DNA of 64,000 nucleotides from an uncultured Verrucomicrobiota bacterium (GTDB lineage Bacteria; Verrucomicrobiota; Verrucomicrobiia; Limisphaerales; UBA1319), in the NCBI GenBank assembly GCA_964409245.1, contig CAYPCQ010000012.1, forward strand, positions 30,747-94,746. The letters run 5' to 3'. Under the pieces are notes generated by a model. It was given only the letters and a program-made list of their open reading frames with translations. It did no database searches and had not been told where the DNA came from. The translations under genes were made by a program, and so were the position numbers. This document shows, piece after piece, positions 56,186 through 64,000 of the stretch (position 1 is the stretch's first letter; each line of letters starts with the position of its first letter).

Positions 56186-58165
56186 ATGGAACCATACCAG
56201 ATATTGATTGTGGAGGACGAGTTCGTCTTCGCCTGCGATTTGGAGCAGCGCCTGGCCGGGCTGGGCTATGCCGTGATGGACAAGGTGTGCACCGGGGCGG
56301 CGGCCCTGGCGGCCGCCAGCCAGCGAACGCCCGACCTGGTGCTGATGGACATCCACCTGCCCGGGGACATGGATGGCATCGAGGCGGCCATCCAGATCCA
56401 CCGGCAGCACCAGGCGCCCGTGGTGTTCCTGACCGCCTTTGGGGAGGAAACCACCGTGGAGCGGGCCAAGGCGGCCGAGCCTTATGGCTACATCCTCAAG
56501 CCGGTGGAGGATCGCGAGCTGAAGATCGTCATCGAGATGTCGCTCGCCAAGCACGAGGCCGAAAAGCGTCTGCGGGAGAGCGAGATCCGCTACCGGTCCC
56601 TCTTCGAGCGGGCGGGGGATTATGTGCTGCTCCTGGAGCCCCGGCTGGATGGCCCGCCGGTCATTGCCGATGCCAACGAGGCCGCGCTGCGGGCCCACGG
56701 CTACACCCGGGAGGAGCTTGTGGGCCAGCCGATCACGCTGCTGGATCCCGATTTCTCCACGGAGGAGCACCGCGAGCGCCTGCGGCTGCTGGAAGGCGCC
56801 GGGGCGCCGTTGTTCACCACGCGCCACCGGCGCAAGAACGGCCAATATTTCGAGGTGGAGGTCCGCGCCTCGCCGGTGCTGCTGGGCACGAAACGGTATT
56901 ACCTGAGCGTGGAGCGGGACATCACGGAACGGAAACGGCTGGAGGCCTGCCTGCTGGAGGCCCGCAAAATGGAGGGCATCGGGCGCCTGGCGGGCGGGGT
57001 GGCGCACGAGTTCAACAACATCCTGGCGGCCGTGATGCTGAACGTGAACCTGCTGGAAGACTCCGCGACCGGGTTTGAGCAACGTGACTCCCTGCGGGAA
57101 GTGGCGGAGCTGGCCACGCAGGGGGCGAACATTGTCCGCCAGCTCCTGGCGTTCAGCCGGCAGTCCGCCATGAATGCCCGGCCGCTCGATCTGGCGCGGC
57201 AGCTTGCCGGATTTTCCAAAGTGATCCGCCGGGTGGCCAGCGAACGCGTGGCGGTGGAGGTGGCGCCCGGCGGCCCCGTGCCGCGGGTCAAGGCGGATGC
57301 CGGCATGCTCGAGCAGGCGCTGCTGAACCTGTGCCTCAACGCCTGCGAGGCCATGCCCGGCGGCGGGCGCCTCCAGCTCGAGCTGCGGGCGGCCACCCTG
57401 GACGCCGGGGCGGCCCGGCGGCATCCGGATGCCCGCCCGGGGCAGTTTGTCTGCCTCTCTGTCGCCGACACCGGGCGGGGCATGGACGACGCGGTCCTGA
57501 GCCGGCTTTTCGAGCCGTTTTTCACCACCAAGGAGGTGGGCCAGGGACCCGGCCTGGGCCTGGCCACCGTGCACGGGATCGTGCATCAGCACCGGGGCTG
57601 GGTGGAGGTGAGCAGCACCCCCGGCCAGGGCAGCACCTTCCGCCTGTTCCTGCCCGCGCTGGCCGAGGCCGAGGCCGAGGCCGCCGTCCAAAAGGCCCCG
57701 GAGCCGGCCCCGATGCCCCGCGGCCGGGAGACCATCCTGCTGGTGGAGGATGAATCCGCCCTCCGGCTCGTCACAAGCAAGTTTCTGCAGCACCTGGGCT
57801 ACCGGGTGCTGGAGGCCGAAAACAGCGCGGCGGCGCACCGGCTCTGGCAGCAGCACTGGGCCGAGATCGCCCTGCTCTTTGTGGCGCAAGGCTTGCGGGA
57901 TGGCCATTCCGGGGGGGATCTGGCCGCCCGGCTGCGCGCGGACCGGCCGGAGCTGAAGGCCATCATTTCCAGCGGTTTCACCACGGAGGTTTTCCGGGTG
58001 CCCAACGCCGGGGGGCCCACGACGATCCAGCTGCCCATCCCGTTCCCTCCCGAGGATCTGGCGGCCCTGCTGCGGGCCTGCCTGGATGAGCCTTCCGCCG
58101 CGGACACGCCGCCGCCCGCCGGCGCCCAAACCGAAACCCCCGGCCAAGCCCCTCCCCCCCTATGA
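56186..58165 (+). CDS. Hybrid kinase: REC + PAS + HisKA + HATPase_c + C-terminal pseudo-receiver
   Basis: ILIVEDE...LVLMDIHLPGDMDG. H-box GGVAHEFNNIL. ATPase domain. The C-terminal REC-like domain has Ala (57884-57886) where the phospho-accepting Asp should be. Confidence 0.85.
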   Translation: MEPYQILIVEDEFVFACDLEQRLAGLGYAVMDKVCTGAAALAAASQRTPDLVLMDIHLPGDMDGIEAAIQIHRQHQAPVVFLTAFGEETTVERAKAAEPYGYILKPVEDRELKIVIEMSLAKHEAEKRLRESEIRYRSLFERAGDYVLLLEPRLDGPPVIADANEAALRAHGYTREELVGQPITLLDPDFSTEEHRERLRLLEGAGAPLFTTRHRRKNGQYFEVEVRASPVLLGTKRYYLSVERDITERKRLEACLLEARKMEGIGRLAGGVAHEFNNILAAVMLNVNLLEDSATGFEQRDSLREVAELATQGANIVRQLLAFSRQSAMNARPLDLARQLAGFSKVIRRVASERVAVEVAPGGPVPRVKADAGMLEQALLNLCLNACEAMPGGGRLQLELRAATLDAGAARRHPDARPGQFVCLSVADTGRGMDDAVLSRLFEPFFTTKEVGQGPGLGLATVHGIVHQHRGWVEVSSTPGQGSTFRLFLPALAEAEAEAAVQKAPEPAPMPRGRETILLVEDESALRLVTSKFLQHLGYRVLEAENSAAAHRLWQQHWAEIALLFVAQGLRDGHSGGDLAARLRADRPELKAIISSGFTTEVFRVPNAGGPTTIQLPIPFPPEDLAALLRACLDEPSAADTPPPAGAQTETPGQAPPPL

Positions 58166-60801
58166 TCACGATCCAGCCCGCGCAATGCCGCATCCTGGTG
58201 GCCGACGACGACGAAACCGCACGGTTCGGCATCCTGCAGGTGCTGCGCAAAGCCGGTTATCAAACCCTGGAGGCCGCCAGCGGGCAACAGGCCATGGAAT
58301 TGGTCCGCGAGGTCCGGCCTGACCTGGTCCTGCTCGATGTCAATCTGCCCGACGCGGACGGGCGGGAGCTGTGCCACCGCATCAAAATGGATGCGGACCT
58401 GGGCAACGTGTTTGTGGTGATGTTTTCGGCCAATATGACCGCCACCGAAGACCAGGTGGATGGCCTGGTGAAGGGGGCGGACGGCTACATCACCCAGCCG
58501 GTCACCAACAAGGAGCTGCTGGCCCGCCTGGAGGCGCTCGTGCGCCTGCAGCAGAACGAACACCAGCTGCGGGAGCGCACGGCGGACCTGCAGCGGGAAA
58601 TGGCGGAACGCCGGCGGGCGGAGGAGGCCCTGCGCCAGGCCCACGCCGAACTGGAGCAGCGCATCCGCGAGCGCACCGCCGAGCTGGCCCTGGCCAACGA
58701 GCGCCTGCAGCAGCGGGACCGCCTGCTGGATGGCGTGGCAAAAATGACGCGCCAGCTGCTGACGGCCGAGCCGCTGGAGGGGGCGATGGGGGCGGCGCTG
58801 GCGGTGCTGGGCCTGGCGGCCGGGGCGGACCGCGCCTGCGTGTTCCAGAACGTGGCGGAACCCGGCGCGGGCGGCCTGCGCTGGCGGCCGCGCTGGGAAT
58901 GGGCCGGTGGACGGGTGGCCGCGGAAGCCGGCCCGGCCCGGCTTCCCGCTGAACTGCTGCCCCCCGGGCGGCTGGAAAACCTGTCGCAAAAACAGACCTT
59001 CCAATGCTTGGTGGAGGAACTGGACCCCGCCTCGCGGCCAATCCTCGGGGAGCGGGGCCTCCGGTCCATCCTCCTGGTGCCCATTCACGTGGCCAATGAA
59101 CTCTGGGGTCTGGCGGAGTTCAACGACTGCACCCAAAGCCGGGTTTGGCAGGAGGCGGAGATCGCCGTTCTGCAGACCGCCGCCGACGCCATCGGCGGAG
59201 CCTTGAAGCGCCAGCAGGGGGCCGAGGAATTGAGGCGGGTCCAAGCCTTGCTGGATGCGGCCATCGAGCAAAGCCCCGCCGGGATCCTGATCGCCGACGC
59301 TCCGGACTGCCGCATCCGGCTGGCGAATTCCTCCGCCCTGGGCATCCGCGGCGGAAATGCCGGCCAGCTGACCGGCCTCCCCGCGGAGCAGCACCCACAC
59401 CAGTGGCAGGTCCATACCCCGGAGGGCGCCCTCATGGCCCCGGCCGACCTGCCGTTGTGCCGCGCCATTCTCAAAGGTGAAACCGTGCGCGACCTGGAGG
59501 CCGTCATCCACCACGCCAGCGGGGAAAAGCGCTGGATCCTGGCCAATGCGGCCCCCGTGCGCGGCGCGCAGGGGGAAATCCTGGCGGGGGTGGTGGTCTT
59601 CCTGGACATCACCCAGCGCCGGAAGCTGGAGGACCAGCTGCGCCAGACGCAGAAGCTGGAATCGATCGGCCAGCTGGCCGGCGGGGTGGCGCACGATTTC
59701 AACAACATTCTGGCGGCGATCATCATGCAGATGAACCTGGTGCTGGAATACCCCGGCCTGGAACCCGGGATCCGGACGGCTCTGGAGGAGGTGGTCCAGT
59801 CCGCCCGGCGCGCCGCCGATCTCACCCGGCAGCTGCTCATGTTCAGCCGCCGCTCGGTCCTGGAAACCAAAAGCGTGGATCTGAATGACCTGGCCGGCAA
59901 CCTCCTCAAGATGCTCAGCCGGCTCATCCGGGAGGACATCCAGCTGGTGCTGGAGTGCGGGCATCCGCTGCCCCCGGTGGAGGCCGATCCCGGCATGCTG
60001 GAGCAGGTGCTGATGAACCTCACCGTGAATGCCCGCGACGCCATGCCCCAGGGCGGCCGGCTGGTGATCGGCACCGAGGCCGTGACGCTGGCTGCCGCCC
60101 AGGCCCGGCTGAATCCCGAGCGGCGCCCCGGGCGGTTTGCCTGCCTCCGGGTCTCGGACACCGGCCTCGGCATGGAGGAGGAGACGCTCAAGCATATTTT
60201 TGAGCCGTTTTTCACCACCAAGGAGGCGGGCCAGGGCACCGGCCTGGGGCTGGCCACCGTCCATGGCATCGTGGCCCAGCACAAAGGATGGGTCGAGGTG
60301 GAGACCCGCTCCGGGAGCGGATCCACCTTCCGGGTGTTTCTGCCCGCGGCGCAAGCATCGCCGGCGGCGGCGAAGCTCGAGGCAGAGGAGCAAGGCACGG
60401 GGACGCCGCTCCCGCACGGCCGGGAAACCATCCTGCTGGTGGAGGATTCGGCGCCCCTGTTGCGCGTCACCGGCCAGGCCTTGCGCCGGCTGGGCTACCA
60501 GGTGCTGGAGGCGCCCAACGGCCCGGCCGCCCTCGCCATCTGGCAGCGCCAGCAAGGCCGGGTGGATTTGCTGTTCACGGACATGGTGATGCCCGAAGGG
60601 ATCAGCGGGCTGGCCTTGGCGGAAAAGCTGCGCGCGGAGCATCCTGGATTAAAAGTGATCATCACCAGCGGCTACCAAACCGAGCTGGGCAACCCACGCC
60701 TGCTGGCCCCTAAAAACATGCACTACCTGCCCAAGCCTTATGAGTCCGCCACCGTGGCCAGGCTGGTGCGGACTTGCCTGGACGACCGTTCCGCGTTATA
60801 A
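58162..60801 (+). CDS. Hybrid kinase: REC + GAF + PAS + HisKA + HATPase_c + REC
   Basis: ILVADDDE...LVLLDVNLPDADG. GAF-like region. H-box GGVAHDFNNIL. C-terminal REC with an intact LLFTDMVMP. The start overlaps the previous stop (ATGA). Confidence 0.85.
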   Translation: MITIQPAQCRILVADDDETARFGILQVLRKAGYQTLEAASGQQAMELVREVRPDLVLLDVNLPDADGRELCHRIKMDADLGNVFVVMFSANMTATEDQVDGLVKGADGYITQPVTNKELLARLEALVRLQQNEHQLRERTADLQREMAERRRAEEALRQAHAELEQRIRERTAELALANERLQQRDRLLDGVAKMTRQLLTAEPLEGAMGAALAVLGLAAGADRACVFQNVAEPGAGGLRWRPRWEWAGGRVAAEAGPARLPAELLPPGRLENLSQKQTFQCLVEELDPASRPILGERGLRSILLVPIHVANELWGLAEFNDCTQSRVWQEAEIAVLQTAADAIGGALKRQQGAEELRRVQALLDAAIEQSPAGILIADAPDCRIRLANSSALGIRGGNAGQLTGLPAEQHPHQWQVHTPEGALMAPADLPLCRAILKGETVRDLEAVIHHASGEKRWILANAAPVRGAQGEILAGVVVFLDITQRRKLEDQLRQTQKLESIGQLAGGVAHDFNNILAAIIMQMNLVLEYPGLEPGIRTALEEVVQSARRAADLTRQLLMFSRRSVLETKSVDLNDLAGNLLKMLSRLIREDIQLVLECGHPLPPVEADPGMLEQVLMNLTVNARDAMPQGGRLVIGTEAVTLAAAQARLNPERRPGRFACLRVSDTGLGMEEETLKHIFEPFFTTKEAGQGTGLGLATVHGIVAQHKGWVEVETRSGSGSTFRVFLPAAQASPAAAKLEAEEQGTGTPLPHGRETILLVEDSAPLLRVTGQALRRLGYQVLEAPNGPAALAIWQRQQGRVDLLFTDMVMPEGISGLALAEKLRAEHPGLKVIITSGYQTELGNPRLLAPKNMHYLPKPYESATVARLVRTCLDDRSAL

Positions 60802-60844
60802 TTGGCATCGCCAGAGAAACAACCAGAACAACCAGAAATACTGC

Positions 60845-61912
60845 ATGAACAAGCCAAACCTTATAAAACCCGGAACCGGTCGCCAAGCCCTGGTGGCGGC
60901 CGCCTTGTGCGCCGCCTGGGTGGCCCGCAGCCACGGTTTTGAAATATCCGAAGCCGCCCTGGCCAGGCTCAGCGCCCCGGCCCGGGAGGCGCTGGCCAAG
61001 GCCAGCGTGGCGCCCCTGGGCCCGGTGCCGGTGCCCCCCGGCAACCCGCTCAGCCGGGAAAAAGTGGAGCTGGGCCGGCTCCTCTATTTCGACCAGCGTT
61101 TATCGGCCGATAAAACCGTAAGCTGCGCCTCCTGCCACGATCCCAAAACGGGCTGGGCGGAAGCGGAACCCACCTCCACCGGCATCCGCAACCAACTGGG
61201 GCCCCGCAACGCCCCCAGCGTGCTGGATTCAGCCTATTACCACGCCCTGTTCTGGGACGGCCGCGCCCAGACCCTGGAGGAGCAGGCGCTGGGGCCGATC
61301 CAAAACCCGAAGGAGATGGGCAACGACCTGCCCAAGATGGTCGCCGCCCTGTCCCAGGTAAAAGGCTATGCCCCGTATTTCAAGGCCGCCTTCGGGGATG
61401 CGCAGGTGACCTCCGAGCGGGTGGCCCAGGCCATCGCCGCCTTTGAACGCACCGTGGTGAGCGGCCCTTCCCCCTTTGATGATTTCCTGAAAGGCTCCGT
61501 TTCCGCCCTTTCCGGGCGGCAGGTCAAGGGCCTCGAATTGTTCCTCACCAAGGGCAAGTGCACCACCTGCCACCGCGGCCCGTTCCTCACCACCGGCCAG
61601 TATGCCGTCTCCAGCCTCCCCGGGGACGACGGCCGCGCGCAAGTGACTAAAAACGCGGCCGACAAGGCCAAATTCCGGATCCCCACCCTCCGCAACGTGG
61701 GCCTCACCGGCCCTTATTTCCACGATGGCTCGGTGGCCTCGCTGGAGGATGCGGTGTTCGTGCGCGCCAACGGCTTCAAGCCCGGCGCCAGCGCCGCCAG
61801 CGCGGCGGAGTTGAAACTGACCCGGGAAGAAGTGCGGGACGTGGCCGCCTTCCTCAACTCGCTCAACGGCAAGCTGCCTGAAATCGCCGTGCCCACTCAA
61901 TTCCCGGAATAG
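60845..61912 (+). CDS. Di-haem cytochrome c peroxidase (CCP/MauG family)
   Basis: Two CxxCH sites (CASCHD, CTTCHR). Signal peptide starting from the ATG at 60845. Confidence 0.85.
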   Translation: MNKPNLIKPGTGRQALVAAALCAAWVARSHGFEISEAALARLSAPAREALAKASVAPLGPVPVPPGNPLSREKVELGRLLYFDQRLSADKTVSCASCHDPKTGWAEAEPTSTGIRNQLGPRNAPSVLDSAYYHALFWDGRAQTLEEQALGPIQNPKEMGNDLPKMVAALSQVKGYAPYFKAAFGDAQVTSERVAQAIAAFERTVVSGPSPFDDFLKGSVSALSGRQVKGLELFLTKGKCTTCHRGPFLTTGQYAVSSLPGDDGRAQVTKNAADKAKFRIPTLRNVGLTGPYFHDGSVASLEDAVFVRANGFKPGASAASAAELKLTREEVRDVAAFLNSLNGKLPEIAVPTQFPE

Positions 61913-62375
61913 CATCCGGCTGGGCGGCCTCTCCGCCGGTCTCCCTGGCCGGCGGAAATACCAGTTGCATCAGCGCACCAACGCGGGTAGCCGCCGAGGT
62001 AACGAGGCGGATCTGCCGCCCGGATCACGCCCCAATGGCGATGCCGGGGACTTTGCGCTCGGCTTTCGCGATGAACTTTCACGCCCAAGGCGTATTCCCC
62101 TCCTCGGGGGGCGGGGGCCAGGGTGAGGAAGAACGACGGGGCAGCCGGACGCCCCCTTTTGAGGATGGCCGGTGCAATGCCTCCCCAATTGCACCCATTG
62201 CCCATCAATCCGGCCCTTTGAGCTGCGCCAATTACTTGGACACGGCCAGCGGGATGTGCGATGTTCTCCCGCCGGGAACGGACATTGAAAAGTCAAATCC
62301 AAAACCAAACCCCAGGGAATCGGCAGGGCCAGGCTGGTCCCCGCCGAAACACACTCCTTTAAGCCTTGACCTCCC

Positions 62376-63623
62376 ATGAACAAACCGAATCCATACCAAT
62401 CCTCCTCCCGCGGACCTCAATCCCCTCACGCTTGCGGCTGGAGCCGGCGCCAGTGGCTCGCCCGCAATGCCGGGCTGGCCGGCTTATGGGCCTTGGGCGA
62501 TTGGAGCGCCCTGGCGCGCGCCGATGATCCCGCCCCGGCCCATGCGCCCGGCAAGGCGGACTCCGCCCCCAGCCTGCCGGTGGCCATCCAGCGCTGCGCC
62601 TCCTATGAGCCGGCCGTGGTGCGCCAGAAGCTGGACGCCGCGCTGGACGCCATCGGGGGCATCGGCCGCCTGGTGAAGGATAAGACCATCACGATCAAAG
62701 TGAACATGACCGGGCCGGCCCAGGAGGTGAAAGGATTCCCGGCCTCCCGCACCTACCATATCCACCCGCACGTGGTGGCCGCCCTGTGCGCCGCTTTGGA
62801 CCGCGCCGGGGCCAGGCGCATTGCGATCGTGGAGGCCTGGTACCACAAGGAGCCGGCGGAGACAATCCTGGCGAACGCCGGCTGGGATCTCAAGGCCATC
62901 CAGGCCGCCGGCGGCCACAAGGTGGTGTTTGAGAACACGAAGAACCGCGGCTCCTGGGGCCAATACAGCCGGCTCAAGGTCCCGTGGGGCGGCTACCTGT
63001 TCCCGGCCTTCGAGCTCAATGGGTGGTACGAGCACACCGATGTGTGCGTCTCCCTCGGCAAGATGAAGAACCACGCCATCGCCGGGGTGACCATGACGGT
63101 GAAGAACATGTTCGGCATCACCCCCACCGCCCTTTACGGCGACGACGCCCCGAACGAAGACAGCGTCTCGGCCCGGGTCTCCTGCCTGCACGATAACAAA
63201 CGGGCGCTGCCCGCCGGGCTGCCGGCCCAGCTGGGGGCCAATCCCCCCAGCCGCGCCGAGGCGCGCGTGCCGCGGATCGTGGCGGATCTCCTGGGCGCCC
63301 GGCCCGTGGACCTGGCCATCATCGACGGTGTGGATACCCAGAAGAACGGCGAGGGTTTTTGGAACGAGGGGATCGAGCCGGTGCAGCCGAAGCTGATCTT
63401 TGCCGGCCGCAACGCGGTCTGCACGGACGCCGTCTGCGCGGCCGCCATGGGCTATCAGCCCACCGCCGGGCACGGGCAGTTCCCGTTTGTTGGGGAAAAC
63501 CACCTGCTCTGGGCGGCGGAGGCGGGCCTTGGCACGCACAATCCCGCGCGGATCGAGGTGGCCGGCCTGAGCATTAAAGAGGCGCGGTTCCCGTTCCGGG
63601 CGCCTCCGGGCAAATCCGGGTAG
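62376..63623 (+). CDS. Tat-exported DUF362 domain protein
   Basis: Twin-arginine motif SRRQWLARNAG. DUF362-like core (ITIKVNMTG..., HPHVVAALCAALDRAGARRIAIVE). Confidence 0.65.
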   Translation: MNKPNPYQSSSRGPQSPHACGWSRRQWLARNAGLAGLWALGDWSALARADDPAPAHAPGKADSAPSLPVAIQRCASYEPAVVRQKLDAALDAIGGIGRLVKDKTITIKVNMTGPAQEVKGFPASRTYHIHPHVVAALCAALDRAGARRIAIVEAWYHKEPAETILANAGWDLKAIQAAGGHKVVFENTKNRGSWGQYSRLKVPWGGYLFPAFELNGWYEHTDVCVSLGKMKNHAIAGVTMTVKNMFGITPTALYGDDAPNEDSVSARVSCLHDNKRALPAGLPAQLGANPPSRAEARVPRIVADLLGARPVDLAIIDGVDTQKNGEGFWNEGIEPVQPKLIFAGRNAVCTDAVCAAAMGYQPTAGHGQFPFVGENHLLWAAEAGLGTHNPARIEVAGLSIKEARFPFRAPPGKSG

Positions 63624-63630
63624 GGCCTTT

Positions 63631-64000
63631 TCAGGTCATCGCCGCCAGGGGGCTTGGGGGCTGCGTCTCCCAGGCGCCCCGGGTGAAATCCGGGACTGCC
63701 ACCGGCTCTCCGCCCCGGGCCACGGAGGCGATGCTCAGGGGCACGATGCTGCTCCAGGCGGCGGCATCGTAAACGGTGAGATCCAGCGGCTGGCCCTCCC
63801 GCAGGCACTGGATCAGCCGCCAGTTCATCACGTAATCCATCCCGCCATGGCCCCCGGATTTGCGGGCCTGGGCGTTGAGCTGGCGCCAGAGGGGATGGCC
63901 GTATTTTTCGTGCCAGGGCTGGAGCTCGGTGATCCACTCCGCGGCCTGGCCGTCCAGGTGCAGGCGGGGCGGGTAATCGCTGAAGGTGCCGCCCGTTCCG
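63631..64000 (-). CDS. Gfo/Idh/MocA-family oxidoreductase (GH109-like), C-terminal part; the gene continues beyond the window
   Basis: HGGMDYVMNWRLIQCLREGQPLDLTVYDAAAWSSIVPLS...PDFTRGAW is the typical C-terminal region. The frame stays open to the window edge. Confidence 0.65.
   Translation of the reverse strand, partial: GTGGTFSDYPPRLHLDGQAAEWITELQPWHEKYGHPLWRQLNAQARKSGGHGGMDYVMNWRLIQCLREGQPLDLTVYDAAAWSSIVPLSIASVARGGEPVAVPDFTRGAWETQPPSPLAAMT

Overview
High-GC (about 65 %) bacterial chromosome segment. It looks Verrucomicrobiota-like (PVC superphylum): it has PEP-CTERM proteins, an H-X9-DG prepilin-type remnant, many secreted glycoside-hydrolase and beta-helix proteins, and a formylglycine-generating-enzyme gene. 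TGA is a normal stop codon here. Most of the window is ordinary: a topoisomerase IV parE/parC pair, an M24 peptidase, fhs, larB/larC, FKBP, pilT, several two-component genes and polysaccharide-related enzymes. The many long antisense ORFs in the six-frame track are GC-driven shadow ORFs.

The outstanding region is about 31.7-38.2 kb. It starts with an AT-rich, terminator-punctuated non-coding stretch. This is followed on one strand by three things:
- A head-to-tail array of 5-9 tRNA genes. They keep synthetase identity elements and encoded CCA ends, but all carry a rewritten D-loop/T-loop elbow (G55, no G18G19).
- A Ro60-like TROVE+vWA protein, followed immediately by a Y-RNA/YrlA-like ncRNA (a long bulged closing helix plus a canonical tRNA-like D-arm and T-arm).
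- A tight four-gene operon: an unknown coiled-coil protein, a minimal JAMM/JAB peptidase, an 82-aa ubiquitin-like protein ending in Gly-Val, and a 190-aa minimal E1 (ThiF-like) adenylase.

I have not seen this combination described, and I propose it as a candidate RNA-centred conflict or repair island.

Other notable items:
- an MBOAT gene with an in-frame TGA exactly at a conserved Trp
- a frameshifted vapC next to an intact vapB
- a histidine kinase sensed through a 7-bladed FG-GAP propeller
- a radical-SAM plus nucleophile-less AsnB-like pair
- a B12-binding sensor translationally coupled to four consecutive histidine kinases, one with a pseudo-receiver
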